Part shown: one piece after another, positions 11,221 to 22,027 of the stretch
How positions within the stretch are numbered: position 1 is the stretch's first letter
How the letters are laid out: the number at the start of each line of letters is the position of its first letter
Assembly: GCA_965203295.1 (NCBI GenBank)
Contig: CBDBCZ010000019.1
Span: forward strand, 384,001 to 448,000
Reading direction: 5' to 3'
Length of the DNA stretch: 64,000 nucleotides
DNA from: Nitrospirales bacterium
GTDB taxonomy: Bacteria; Nitrospirota; Nitrospiria; Nitrospirales; UBA8639
Made by a program: the position numbers and the translations under genes
The notes under the pieces: model-generated
The model's database searches: none
What the model was told of the DNA's origin: nothing
What the model saw: the letters and a program-made list of their open reading frames with translations, nothing else

Positions 11221-11763
11221 TCATTTCTTCAGTTTCGCCGCGAACTGTTTGCGGAATTTCGCGAGCTTTGGATTGATGAGATAGGCACAGTAGGGTTGAG
11301 AAGGATTTCTGACAAAATACTCCTGGTGATAATTCTCCGCGATATAGAAAGACTCGGCAGGAACAACTTCCGTGACAATAGGACTATCAAAAATCTTGTC
11401 CTTCGTGAGCGTCGCTATCACACCCTCAGCAATTGCCTTTTGATCCGGTGAATGATAGAAGATCGCCGACCGATATTGGGTGCCGATATCGTTGCCTTGT
11501 TGGTTAAGGGTCGTCGGATCATGAGTCGCAAAGAAAGTTTCGAGAAGCTCCTGGAATGAGATCATCTTAGGATCAAAGGTAATCTGAACGACTTCGGCAT
11601 GATCCGTCCGACCTGTGCAGATGGCTTCGTAAGATGGATTGATGAGATGCCCACCCATATAGCCGGACTCCACGGACTGCACCCCATTGAGTTCATCAAA
11701 GACAGCTTCTAAACACCAGAAACACCCTCCTGCGAGGGTGGTGACTTCCTTTGAATCGATCAT
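11221..11763 (-). CDS. msrA: Peptide-methionine (S)-S-oxide reductase
   Basis: GGCFWC, HDPT, GTQYRS, AENYHQ. Confidence 0.96.
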   Translation of the reverse strand: MIDSKEVTTLAGGCFWCLEAVFDELNGVQSVESGYMGGHLINPSYEAICTGRTDHAEVVQITFDPKMISFQELLETFFATHDPTTLNQQGNDIGTQYRSAIFYHSPDQKAIAEGVIATLTKDKIFDSPIVTEVVPAESFYIAENYHQEYFVRNPSQPYCAYLINPKLAKFRKQFAAKLKK

Positions 11764-12029
11764 ATTGTCTCCTTCGATGCCATTTAATGAAATTCAGATT
11801 CAGGCGTTGAATTGTGGACTACGAAAAACCGTCAACTGATGAAATTCTGTCTAATGTTTCATGATATTACGGTCTGAAGGAAGAAGCATGGTGGTATAGT
11901 TGAGGTAGAAGGGATGCAAAAAGATTCGGAAATAATTTTTTAGGTGGTTAACGCGTTGGAAATACAGTAAAGTGAATGTCTAAGATATCCCGTTAGAATT
12001 CGCATTGATTGTAAAACGGAAATCTCCGG

Positions 12030-13214
12030 ATGTTGAAAACTAAACCAAATCCTAAGTGGTATGACGTTATCGTTGTGGGGATGGGACCTGCGGGTGCCTC
12101 CGCAGCTTATGAGCTAAGTCAAGCTGGCCTTTCCGTTTTGTGTTTAGAGAAGCAAACCCATCCCCGGTACAAAGTCTGTGATTGAGCAGTTCCTGCCTCC
12201 CGATTTTCACACAGTTGTAGAAGAGGCGGTCTATCAAATGCAATTTACCTATAGTCCGGAGCAGTCCTACCTATGTCGAATTTCCAGAACCCATGGCGTA
12301 TATGGTCATGCGTTCTCGCTTTGATCAATGGCTAGTGAATAAAGCGCAACAAGTCGGTGCAGAGGTCCATCAGGACGAAGCGGTTGTGAAGTTAATCGCC
12401 TTACCAGATGGGGTTGAAGTCGTGACCGAGGGTGGGACGTATGGTGCCCGAGTCGTCGTTGGTGCGGATGGGGCGATGAGTGTTGTGGCACAGCAACTGT
12501 TTCCTGGACGTCGACTGAGAAAGATCCCAGCGTTAGAAAGTGAAGTTCAATACCAAGAACCGAAGGGAATCGAAATTGGCCGTGATTAGTCTCAACACTG
12601 CCAAAAAAGGCTACGGGTGGATTTTCCCGAAACGAAATGGTTTATCGATCGGAGTGGGAGAATTCGTTCGTGGAGAGACTCGACCCAAACAGAGTTTTCA
12701 GCGTTTCTCACGAGAAGAACCAGCGTTAGAGGGATACTCGATCCCATCGCCACTGGGCCACCCTCTCCCAATCTTCAACAGATATGCCAGATCGAATGGC
12801 CATAAATGGAATGGAAGCCTTGTCAACCAAAGGGCTGTATTAGTGGGCGATGCGGCACACTTGGTTGACCCTCTGCTGGGAGAAAGAATCTTGTATGCGG
12901 TCCGCTCAAGTCAATTAGCAGCATTCAATATCGTAGCTGCCTTATGCGATTCCCAGAGAAAACTAGAGGACTACGAGGCCGCAGTAATCCGGGAGTTTGG
13001 CCAAGAATTTCGAATTGCGTCCCGTATCAGTTGGATCATCTATGGTCTTCCCAGGTCTTGGCACCGTTGGGTAGGCCGGACTTTTCCCGTGCCCTACCAA
13101 AAAGTCCTTCGTCGTTATTGTGAAATGCTTCAAGGACGTGAGACCTATCAATCACTCTGGGATAGAACCATAAACCGTCTCAAGGGGCCTCTCGCCAGAA
13201 GGAGAACGAGCTGA
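12030..13214 (+). pseudogene. Geranylgeranyl reductase family FAD oxidoreductase, several frameshifts/deletion
   Basis: YDVIVVGMGPAGA..PRYKVC (the usual GGG motif after C is missing); GADG, GYGWIFPK, LVGDAAHLVDP in other frames. Confidence 0.85.
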
Positions 13215-13260
13215 AGAATATCGTTCTTGAGATAGGCTTCTGAAACAAACCCACTCTTTT

Positions 13261-13848
13261 TCAACAGCGCCACTTACTCAATGAGTCCTCCAACGCCTGC
13301 ATGCCAAATTGCCAGGTGTTGCGAGCCTCGCCTGGATCAACCCCGGAGGTGGCCATCAACACGGTCAGGCTCCAGCCCTCTACGCCTCGGTTGTGAAAAA
13401 TCGTCGGCTGAGCCTCAATTACCACATCAATATACAGACTCTGCTGTAGGGCTGTACTCGTAGCTTGCAACAGCTCTTCCATACGCGTTTGGAGGAACTC
13501 AGCCAATTGGACAATCGCTGGCTTGTTATTGCATGCCACCTTGGCCAAGCAGAGCGTCACGAAGGAGGTCAGAGCAACTTTGAGCTTGGGGTGCTCAGTC
13601 GTAGAAAAGCCTTGATCTGCTGCGAGCGACATGAGTTCCGACGTAGGCGAGTTAATGCTCTGCAAGAGCTGCTGAGTTTCCGGCCAACCCAGGCAAGAGG
13701 GAATGACTGCGATCCAAGCCGGATTAGCCTTCACATCTACAAAGCTGGCGTCAGGAGTCCCCTCACTATTGGGAGATTCGTAAGGGATCTGGAAGATGTC
13801 CGTTCGTTCTGAAATGCGAATGCCCACGTGAACCGTCCTCCTGGCCAA
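13261..13848 (-). CDS. Hypothetical protein
   Basis: 195-aa ORF with protein-like composition; start uncertain. Confidence 0.55.
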   Translation of the reverse strand: MARRTVHVGIRISERTDIFQIPYESPNSEGTPDASFVDVKANPAWIAVIPSCLGWPETQQLLQSINSPTSELMSLAADQGFSTTEHPKLKVALTSFVTLCLAKVACNNKPAIVQLAEFLQTRMEELLQATSTALQQSLYIDVVIEAQPTIFHNRGVEGWSLTVLMATSGVDPGEARNTWQFGMQALEDSLSKWRC

Positions 13849-13921
13849 GATGAAAAAGATATTGTATCGTGTTTGATCGAGACATGCTCCTGAGCGGAGA
13901 ACCTGCTAGCATGAAAGGAGA

Positions 13922-14197
13922 ATGATGTCAGAAATCAAGGTAACTCGAACAAGCCCGACTGCATTCCGTGTCGAAGTCAACGAAAAGATAAGCAGAACGG
14001 TCCACGACGTGACAGCAAGTGAGGGCGACATCAATAGCTATGGAGGGAACGCTTCTGCTGAACTGCTAATTGAGAGATCCTTCGAATTCTTGCTGGAACG
14101 CGAACCAAAGGAGTCTATCCTTCGATCATTCGCCCTTCCTGTCATCGAACGATATTTCCCCGAATACCCCAAAGATATTCGAAAACGCCTCACATAA
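13922..14197 (+). CDS. Small conserved hypothetical protein
   Basis: SFEFLLEREPKESILRSF..VIERYFPEY; RBS gaaaggag. Confidence 0.75.
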   Translation: MMSEIKVTRTSPTAFRVEVNEKISRTVHDVTASEGDINSYGGNASAELLIERSFEFLLEREPKESILRSFALPVIERYFPEYPKDIRKRLT

Positions 14198-14255
14198 AGT
14201 CTCTTCGGCACACCATAACTAGCCCCCGGCATTTTCTCTCTACCCTGATAGCCTT

Positions 14256-14393
14256 TTACGAAGTCTCGTAAATATTTTTATGAAATTTCGTAATCTGTGA
14301 AATGTCATAGTCGGTTCCAATTCAATAAAATTTCATAAGTCATTGAATAAATTGAATTTATAATGCATATCTTATATTGGCGTGAAAATTGCT
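14256..14393 (+). promoter_or_regulatory. Sigma54 promoter with upstream palindromic activator sites
   Basis: TGGCGTGAAAATTGC (GG-N10-GC) at 14378-14392; TTAYGA-N4-TCGTAA at 14256 and 14278; AT-rich spacer. Confidence 0.65.
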
Positions 14394-14409
14394 TTATTCG
14401 AAAAACATC

Positions 14410-14514
14410 ATGAAAAGGATAATGGCTTTTATCTATGGAACATTGTGCTATGTCCTATTTTTAGGAACTTTCCTTTATCTGGTCGCCTCTGTTGCAATGT
14501 ACGCCTTCAGGTAA
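14410..14514 (+). pseudogene. N-terminal stub of a methanethiol S-methyltransferase-like (MddA-like) gene
   Basis: MKRIMAFIYGTLCYVLFLGTFLY resembles the first TM helix of the MddA family; stops after 34 aa. Confidence 0.5.
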
Positions 14515-14883
14515 CATGACTTTATGAAGAATTTGAATACTGATCCAAATAGTGGGAAAGGTCAGCAACTTCTCTTCTGCTTCAGTTGCGATTCAGGAAG
14601 CATCATGTACTATAAATGGTTTCATGACCCTGGTCATTCAGAACCAAGAAGAAAACGGAAAGACAAAACTTGCCTTAATGAATGCTGTATGATAATCTTA
14701 AAACACTTCAGCGCTTTGGGCCTGCGATGAAGTGTTCGATGAAAAGGCCCCAATTCGATGTTGTTTTCCCCGGGAGTCTAATCGAAAGCCTGACCTAAGC
14801 CGCCTCACTGTTTGCGTCTTCGGCACGTCCTTTCCTGCTTCTCGAGTCCAAGACAATATCATTATTCCAAAGGGAGGCACTCT

Positions 14884-15195
14884 ATGAGTGTGAAGATCTA
14901 TGTGGGCGGCCTGCCGTATGCCACAAGCGAGACAGAATTAAACGACCTTTTTGCCAAACATGGGACCGTTGAGTCGGTTAGGGTCATTACAGACAAATTT
15001 ACAGGACAGTCACGAGGCTTTGGCTTCGTGGAAATGTCCACGGGTGATGAGGCCAACGCAGCCATTTCGGCCATGAATGGGACCGAATTAGGTGGCCGGA
15101 CTCTGACGGTCAATGAAGCTCGCCCCCAAGAAGCGCGGTCAGGGGGAGGGAACTATGGTGGACGTGGCGGCGGCGGTAAGCGCGGCCGGTGGTAG
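14884..15195 (+). CDS. RRM (RNP-1) RNA-binding protein with glycine-rich tail
   Basis: KIYVGGL (RNP2), RGFGFVEM (RNP1); RBS gggagg. Confidence 0.95.
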   Translation: MSVKIYVGGLPYATSETELNDLFAKHGTVESVRVITDKFTGQSRGFGFVEMSTGDEANAAISAMNGTELGGRTLTVNEARPQEARSGGGNYGGRGGGGKRGRW

Positions 15196-15243
15196 TCGTC
15201 CCACTCGTCTAGTTTTTCTTCTAAGAAAATTTCAATAAGGTGT

Positions 15244-15295
15244 AGGGCCCTCGAGATGCTCGTATACGAGTAAGATAGAGGGCCCTTCTTATTTA
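15244..15295 (+). terminator. Intrinsic terminator-like hairpin
   Basis: agggccctc...gagggccct followed by tcttattt. Confidence 0.6.
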
Positions 15296-15296
15296 T

Positions 15297-15440
15297 AGAG
15301 TTTGGAGTTTCGGGTCATGAGTTTTGGAAAAACTACACATCAAGGTTTTTCCTATTAACTCTAAACCCGGAACTCGAAACTTTTTCTTCGATACTCCAAA
15401 CCCAAAACCATCTTCGTAGACTCGAAACCCGAAACTCCAT
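15297..15440. repeat. Inverted blocks of degenerate heptamer repeats
   Basis: agagttt ggagttt cgggtca tgagttt versus aactcta aacccgg aactcga and gactcga aacccga aactcca. Confidence 0.75.
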
Positions 15441-16798
15441 TATGACGGAAAGCAGTGGTTGAAGGCCTTGAGAAGTCTCACTGGGCCCTTCACGCGGATT
15501 TTTCCTCGAAGCAGTGCCCAGATCATATTTCGTTTCTTGGCTAAGAACCCTAGCCATGTTTGGCTATCGGCCGTGAGATGAAAATCTGCCTTGCCAATGT
15601 TCCCTTCCAATACTTGAAGAGTTGTGTTTTGAACGATGACGGTGGACTGCCAAGTTTCTTGGCCGGTGAAAGTAAAATGATATGTCGCAGTGAGGTCTTT
15701 TGACTTATTCCGTTGAAAGACGAGAGGCAAACCATCTAGGAATCCTCGAATAGAGCGAGGGCGCAACCCATTTCCTACCGGCTTCATACGCTTGTGGGGA
15801 AACCGCTTCGTGACATGAGCTTTTGCATCCGACCCTGGGACGACATAAATGGTTTCCTCCTTCGCCTGAAGGGGTTTGACGATTTCAGCCACAAACCCTT
15901 TGCGATCCTCTTTGAACGGACTGATAACATCGTCGCCAGCCGGGCAAACCGCCATGCAGTAGGCAGCTTTATAATTGGCACCGAACGACAAGCTCTGCCA
16001 TATTGAGGCTGATTCAGCGTCGCTCACCTTTTCTTGGTATTCCTGGGCGGTCTGACTCTCAGCGACTTGCTCCACCCAATTCATAAAGCCACCCATGAAC
16101 TCCCGATAGTTGTGGGTGTAGCAGGTAGAAAAATTAAAGTAGCCGTCCGAGCCAATCGCTCCAACAGGACAGGCCGCGACACATAGCTTGCATTCCAGGC
16201 ATGGGTTAAAATCGATAGGTTCGTCTGTAGTGGCAACCTCCGCATCTATTAAGATGGTCCCCAGAAGAATGAAATTGCCGAATTTCGGGTGAATCACATT
16301 GCGATGAATGCCCATCTGACCTAGTCCAGCCGCCACCGCCACTATTTTGTGGGAGAGCACCAAGATTTTTCCTGGGAACTGATCCATTTCCATAGGAAAG
16401 CCCATCGCAGGGTTGAGGGCTCTGACACCTTTGGCCTCAATGGTTCTGACGATTTGGTGGGCAACATCATTGACGTGGTCGCCAGTATGATGAAATTCGA
16501 GGTTCGCAATAGAGCGAGCTGTACTGCGAATAGCCTCACGATTCATCCGAACCGCAAAACTGATCAGGGTTTTCGTTCGTGGAAAGGCTTTCAGAATATC
16601 CTCCCTCTCGTGATGGATTTCAGATCGATCGATCTGAACAAAGCCGACATCATCTGCCCCTGCCCCAAGGCATAATTCTCGGAGCCATGCTCTGTCGAGC
16701 ATTGACGAGGTGTTCAGAGGTTTGGAAGTGAGACGCCCAGGGGTAACAGGTGGCGATGGCCGTGTATCGATCATTGGAAGTTCGGCAAGTGCTGGCAT
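15440..16798 (-). CDS. QueG-like 4Fe-4S protein fused to a C-terminal SCP2 sterol/lipid-binding domain
   Basis: GADDVG, SHK..VAAGLG.MG....IHPKFG, CLECKLCVAACP, CMAVCP; SCP2-like YHFTFTG..LLRGKIRVKG. Confidence 0.8.
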   Translation of the reverse strand: MPALAELPMIDTRPSPPVTPGRLTSKPLNTSSMLDRAWLRELCLGAGADDVGFVQIDRSEIHHEREDILKAFPRTKTLISFAVRMNREAIRSTARSIANLEFHHTGDHVNDVAHQIVRTIEAKGVRALNPAMGFPMEMDQFPGKILVLSHKIVAVAAGLGQMGIHRNVIHPKFGNFILLGTILIDAEVATTDEPIDFNPCLECKLCVAACPVGAIGSDGYFNFSTCYTHNYREFMGGFMNWVEQVAESQTAQEYQEKVSDAESASIWQSLSFGANYKAAYCMAVCPAGDDVISPFKEDRKGFVAEIVKPLQAKEETIYVVPGSDAKAHVTKRFPHKRMKPVGNGLRPRSIRGFLDGLPLVFQRNKSKDLTATYHFTFTGQETWQSTVIVQNTTLQVLEGNIGKADFHLTADSQTWLGFLAKKRNMIWALLRGKIRVKGPVRLLKAFNHCFPS

Positions 16799-16834
16799 GT
16801 GGTCCTCCTCAATTATTAATCAATGGGCAATAAT

Positions 16835-16846
16835 GTGTACATACAC
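16835..16846. promoter_or_regulatory. Palindromic putative MarR operator GTGTACATACAC
   Basis: GTGTA-N2-TACAC palindrome upstream of the Fe-S gene; related tgtgtatata at 17328-17337. Confidence 0.5.
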
Positions 16847-16864
16847 TATTACAATCAAAAAAAT

Positions 16865-17323
16865 TTACGTCGCCTGAATCACCTCGATGGCTCCTGCTAG
16901 ATCCTTAAGAAGTCGGCCAACTTTTTTGGATCCCATTTTCTGACTCACCTGCTGTTGGACTTGTTTCCATAGAGGAAGGGCGATGCCTAAGGCGCTTTCA
17001 CCCGCAGATGTCAAGGTCACTTCCCGCTCACGGCGATCTTTACCCAGAACGATCTGAACAAGTCCCATTTTTTCAAGAGGCTTCAAGTTTCGGGTCAATG
17101 TGGTTCGATTTGTGACCAAGGCCTCTGCAAGCCGATTGACCGTAACTGGACCTGTCACCTGGATTCCAACTAATAGGGTAAATTGTGTGGCACGAAGACC
17201 AGATGATCGAAGAGCATCATCATAGAGTTGGGTGATGGCCCTCGCGGTTTTCCGCACATTGAAACAAATGCAATTCCGGGCTGGTTCCAGATAATCAGGG
17301 GTAATGGCGTGCGCAGGATTCAT
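16865..17323 (-). CDS. MarR-family regulator (N-terminal CxC), probably leaderless
   Basis: CICFNVRKTARAIT..TTLTRNLKPLE..DRRER; TTGACA-17-TATATA ends 8 nt before the ATG. Confidence 0.9.
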   Translation of the reverse strand: MNPAHAITPDYLEPARNCICFNVRKTARAITQLYDDALRSSGLRATQFTLLVGIQVTGPVTVNRLAEALVTNRTTLTRNLKPLEKMGLVQIVLGKDRREREVTLTSAGESALGIALPLWKQVQQQVSQKMGSKKVGRLLKDLAGAIEVIQAT

Positions 17324-17639
17324 GATATGTGTATATATTCCTATTTAATTCTCCTGTCAAGCCCTCTGTGAATAAATTTTCTTTTCAAAGAAAACGATTG
17401 GTTAGCATGTTGCGAGGATCAGTTCGGGTTGACCTTTGAATCTCTTGGAACACGAGCCGGAAAAGAGCCTTGTACCTATTCACGCACACCGGCACTTCCC
17501 CCTTCAGTGGTGGAACTCCCAAGTCGTTGCGAAGGAAAATGCTCAGGGTGTCACATGAGAAAAGTGTCTGGACATAAGAGTCCTTGAGACATACAATCAT
17601 TGACTCTCACATGATCGGCCTCGACATCAAGGAGACAAT

Positions 17640-18484
17640 ATGAATAAAGATTCCGCAGAAAATGTTGAAAGTTGTATGCAACGGGATCTTCAAGCGGTGA
17701 GTGCAGAGACCAGCGTGGCACTCGCTGCGAGCCAAATGGCTACTGAGAAAATAGGCTGCCTGCTGGTTCAAGGGGAAGATCAAAGCACACATCACACGAG
17801 GATGATAGGGATCGTCTCGGAAATAGATCTTGTCCGCAACGTGATGGTCAAAGGACTTCCACCTTTGGGTACCACAGTGGCCCAGATCATGGTGAGCCCG
17901 TTACTCATGCTCCACCAGATCGGACTATGCTCGATGCCAGCCATTTCATGGAGAAAAACGGCATTCGACACGTATGTGTGTCAGATGGAGGGAAGGTCGT
18001 CGGACTGATTTCCATTCGCGACCTGGTGAAACATTTCGTGTATGCAGAATCAGGCCCTATTCGTGATCTGGACGATATATATCGCCCGCTCAGCGTTCTC
18101 ATGCAGAAGGAGATCGAAAAGATTGATGAACAAGAAATGCTGATGACCGCGGCAAAGAGAATGGCAGAGAAACGTATCGGCTCCCTGCTCGTGACGCAGG
18201 TAGGTTTAATGACGGGAATTGTGATGGAACGCGATCTCGTCCAGAAGGTATTGGCGCAAAAGCAGGATCCTAGCCAAGTCCGAGTTGGCGCCGTGATGAC
18301 TCAACCGCTCATCGACATTGATATTAATCGGACCGTGCATGATGCCAGCGATCTTATGGCTGAAAAAGAGATTCGTCACTTGCCGGTGACCGAAAACCAC
18401 ACGATCGTGGGGATTCTGTCCGTTAGGGATCTCATCAGGATGATCGCGGTCAGGGATCGCCCCAGGTTCCTACGCCAGAAATAA
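17640..18484 (+). pseudogene. Multi-CBS-domain protein, frameshift near 17910
   Basis: Four CBS-like repeats (IGCLLV, IRHVCV, IGSLLV, IRHLPV) split over two frames. Confidence 0.85.
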
Positions 18485-18657
18485 CGATGAAGTGAAGTGT
18501 CGAGTGTCGATGAAGAGAAAACAGACTGCGGGGATGACGGCGTAAGAATCCACGAGCCACACCCCTTCTAACTTTTGGAACTTCACCAGCCACCGTCTGA
18601 AAGAACAAAACCAAGTTTTTACAAGAAATGTCGAAGACAGGAGTCTTTGCTCTCTCC

Positions 18658-20487
18658 TCATTTAGGAGAGCGGGCTGCAGCACGTCGTTCGTTGTCAGTG
18701 AGATGACGTTTTCGAAGGCGGATGGTTTTGGGAGTCACTTCCACCAGCTCATCATCTTCGATGAATTCAAGCGCGAATTCTAACGTGAGTTCGCGTGAGG
18801 GAATCAGGTGAATCGCTTCATCAGAACCAGCTGCTCGAATATTGGTCAATTTCTTTTCTCGGATGGCATTGACCACAAGATCCTGCCCTTTGTTGTTGAC
18901 CCCGAGGATCATTCCTTCATAGAGCGACTCGCCGGGATGGAGAAATATTTCTCCGCGGTCCTGTAAACCCCAAAGAGCATAGGCCACGGCTGCACCTTCA
19001 CCTTGCGAAATCTGCACGCCACTCGAACGTCGAGGAATCTCGCCTTTAAATGGTTGATATTCCAAAAAGGTTTGAGACATCACACCCGTCCCTCGAGTCA
19101 TCATGAGCAACTCACTGCGAAACCCCATCAAAGCCCGAGTGGCAATGAGAAATTCCAAACGGATGGTCCCGACAGCACTCACCTGGATATCCTTGAGTTC
19201 TCCACGTCGACTCCCTAATGCCTCAATGACAGCCCCTTGATACCCAGGATCTACTTCAATCACTACCTCCTCAACGGGTTCCAGTAGATCACCATCAATC
19301 TCTTTGAAAATCACTTTGGGAGGCGAGACTTCTAATTCGTAGCCTTCCCGACGCATCGTCTCGATCAAGATGGCAAGGTGCAATTCCCCTCGTCCTGAAA
19401 CAGTGAATCGCTCGCCTCCATCCGCTTCTTCGACTTTAATCCCAACATTCATAATGGCTTCATGCGCCAACCGTTCCCGAATGTGTCGTGAGGTGAGAAA
19501 ACGCCCTCCATCATTTCCGGCCAAAGGGCTGGTGTTATGGGAAAAGTTCATCGAGATGGTTGGTTCATCAACATTGACCGTCGGCAACGCTATGGGATTG
19601 GTGGGTGAGGCAATCGTTTCCCCAACCCGAACGTCTTGGATGCCAGCCAACGAGATGATATCCCCAGCCTGTGCCTCATCACGCTCGACACGGACGAGTC
19701 CCTTGTACGCGAGGAGCTTTGTCACCTTACCTCGGACGGTTGTCCCATCTCGTGTCACCAGAACAACAGGATCTCCCACGCGAATGGCTCCATGGACGAT
19801 CCGACCCACGGCAATGCGACCGACATAAGAATCATAGTCCAAGATTGTGACCAGCATTTGAAAGGGTTTTTCCGGGTCCGCGACCGGCGGAAGCACTCGA
19901 TGCAGAATGGTATCTAGGAGTGGCCTCATATCCTGGGCTTTGTCATCTAAGTCCAAGGTCGTCAACCCTTCTTTCCCAGAAGCATAGACAATGGGAAAAT
20001 CAAGTTGTTCATCCGTTGCATTGAGTTCACAAAACAGATCGAAAGTCTGATCAACAACCTCATGAGGCCTGGCAGTCGGACGATCGATTTTGTTGATCAC
20101 AACAATAGGCTTGAGATGGAGCTCTAACGATTTCTTGAGGACAAATTTCGTTTGAGGCATGGGCCCTTCAAAGGCATCCACGAGGAGCAGTACTCCATCC
20201 ACCATGCGAAGAATCCGCTCGACCTCACTGCCAAAATCTGCATGCCCGGGAGTATCAACCAGATTGATATGAAAGTCCTTATAGCGAAGAGACACATTCT
20301 TCGAGAAAATGGTGATACCGCGCTCTTTTTCGAGGGGATTGGAGTCCATAATGACCGCCTCACCCTCCTTGAATGCATAGGCCCCGGTTTGCCCAAGCAA
20401 AGCATCCACGAGCGTGGTCTTCCCATGGTCAACATGGGCGATAATCGCGACATTCCGGACATCTTTTCGTCGTTTTTGATGAGGCAT
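18658..20487 (-). CDS. typA: Translational GTPase TypA/BipA
   Basis: [45 protein letters not shown]. Confidence 0.97.
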   Translation of the reverse strand: MPHQKRRKDVRNVAIIAHVDHGKTTLVDALLGQTGAYAFKEGEAVIMDSNPLEKERGITIFSKNVSLRYKDFHINLVDTPGHADFGSEVERILRMVDGVLLLVDAFEGPMPQTKFVLKKSLELHLKPIVVINKIDRPTARPHEVVDQTFDLFCELNATDEQLDFPIVYASGKEGLTTLDLDDKAQDMRPLLDTILHRVLPPVADPEKPFQMLVTILDYDSYVGRIAVGRIVHGAIRVGDPVVLVTRDGTTVRGKVTKLLAYKGLVRVERDEAQAGDIISLAGIQDVRVGETIASPTNPIALPTVNVDEPTISMNFSHNTSPLAGNDGGRFLTSRHIRERLAHEAIMNVGIKVEEADGGERFTVSGRGELHLAILIETMRREGYELEVSPPKVIFKEIDGDLLEPVEEVVIEVDPGYQGAVIEALGSRRGELKDIQVSAVGTIRLEFLIATRALMGFRSELLMMTRGTGVMSQTFLEYQPFKGEIPRRSSGVQISQGEGAAVAYALWGLQDRGEIFLHPGESLYEGMILGVNNKGQDLVVNAIREKKLTNIRAAGSDEAIHLIPSRELTLEFALEFIEDDELVEVTPKTIRLRKRHLTDNERRAAARSPK

Positions 20488-20849
20488 CGTGGTTATCTCT
20501 CCTCGCCTCCATTGTTGAATGGAAGATCTACGGTCATGCGACTATTTTCTGGAAAAAAATCTATTGGGCCAGCACGGACGACATCAGCCGGAGCCGGGAG
20601 AGGGTATCGAGGCCTGCTGAGAGATAGTTCAGCGAAGACACCGAGAGGAACTACCGGGGGAGAGCGTATTCCGTACGAGAAAGCCGATCAAAGGAAGAAC
20701 GTACCCGAAGGACGAGAGGAAATGCAACTCGACTCAGGATTGTCGTCAATCGGCATGAAATATCCTGATACGGTTGATTCCGTGACAAAACACGAAAGTC
20801 CTGCAGCCTATCTTCCACGATCAGGACACGTAAAGGAGAGTTTCATTCT

Positions 20850-21287
20850 CTAATCTCCTCCTTTGAACACGTCCTCATCATATTCAGGGATTGTGTCTTC
20901 TCTGCCTTCTAAGCCTCCCAGAAAAGAATCTCGAATATCGATAACTTGATTCAAAGTCACAGATCCCTCAAGTTCTTTCGCAAATCTCGTGAGGAATCGG
21001 TCACACAATTCCACTCCTTTGCGAAAGTGCTGTGGGATGGTTTCCTCTGTGACCTGTTGCCAGGTGATGTAGATCAGAAACTCTTGAAACGCTCGCGCCT
21101 CGGGTAATTGTCCACCCAGTTCTTGGAGTCGCTCATACGCTTCCTTAGCCTCTGCGCCTGCATTCGAGGAAAAGACTTCCTCCGTCTCGACAATTTCATC
21201 CTGGAAATTCCCGAGTTCCCCATGTTCTTGAGCGCGATGAAGAGCTTGTAGGGCTGCGATCGAAGGATCAAAGTACATTGAGTTCAT
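20850..21287 (-). CDS. Hypothetical acidic helical protein
   Basis: 145-aa ORF with no recognised motif. Confidence 0.7.
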   Translation of the reverse strand: MNSMYFDPSIAALQALHRAQEHGELGNFQDEIVETEEVFSSNAGAEAKEAYERLQELGGQLPEARAFQEFLIYITWQQVTEETIPQHFRKGVELCDRFLTRFAKELEGSVTLNQVIDIRDSFLGGLEGREDTIPEYDEDVFKGGD

Positions 21288-21406
21288 CTCTCACGCGGGT
21301 ATCCGCGTGATGATCAAGGAAAGCAGAATGTCCACTTTTTCTTTTTACCCAAAAAAGTCAGCTATTCCAAGAATTCGCTTGCCATCAGGGTGCGATAGCG
21401 GTGACG

Positions 21407-21727
21407 TTACCGCCGCTTACTCTTCTTCTTGCCCCAACTTTCTTTGAGAATAGTCTTCCACTCATCTCGAGAAACCGCTGGCATGGTCTTAATGCGAATA
21501 TGTCCCATCGAAGCATTGAGAAGGGCGGCCTTCGTTGCCGCACGACCATTCAGAAAATCGAAAATCTCGACGACATCATATTCGCCCAAGCAATAAAAGG
21601 CATGGAGCAACTTGCCCCCTAAGGATTCTACATTGCGCTTGACCATGTCCGACCGCGCAATGCCTTTGGCTTTCATCGTCTTCAGACCTTCGTGCGTGAA
21701 ATTCATTAAACTCACATAAATTGCCAT
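21407..21727 (-). CDS. GYD domain protein
   Basis: YVSLMNFTHEG..GGKL...LGEYDVV..GHIRIKTMPA; RBS aggagga. Confidence 0.85.
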   Translation of the reverse strand: MAIYVSLMNFTHEGLKTMKAKGIARSDMVKRNVESLGGKLLHAFYCLGEYDVVEIFDFLNGRAATKAALLNASMGHIRIKTMPAVSRDEWKTILKESWGKKKSKRR

Positions 21728-22027
21728 AGCGCTCCTCCTTGTTGATGATGTGAAAGGTTCATACCTATTTTATCGAGGATAGAAAAATTCATCTTAAGTG
21801 AAAAACCAGCCAGCCATAACAATTTTCGGAAATGCTCTATCCCAATATTGTTAGGCCCTTCGCGGTTGTAAGGAGACCAAGGAATTGTGTCATCGAAGAT
21901 GAGCATCGCGATCTTACAGAAAACACTGATCTCCAGGCCGGTTTTTCAATCCTCATTTTTGGGGCAACCAGCGTGATGAGATTGTGATAGCAAGCAAATT
22001 TGCCTCTCATCCTTTATCATCACTGAT

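Noticed and set aside
20152..20853. Long antisense ORFs in the track (for example 20152-20853, 46518-47132, 55770-56297)
   Set aside because: Shadow frames opposite well-supported genes, with no motifs of their own.
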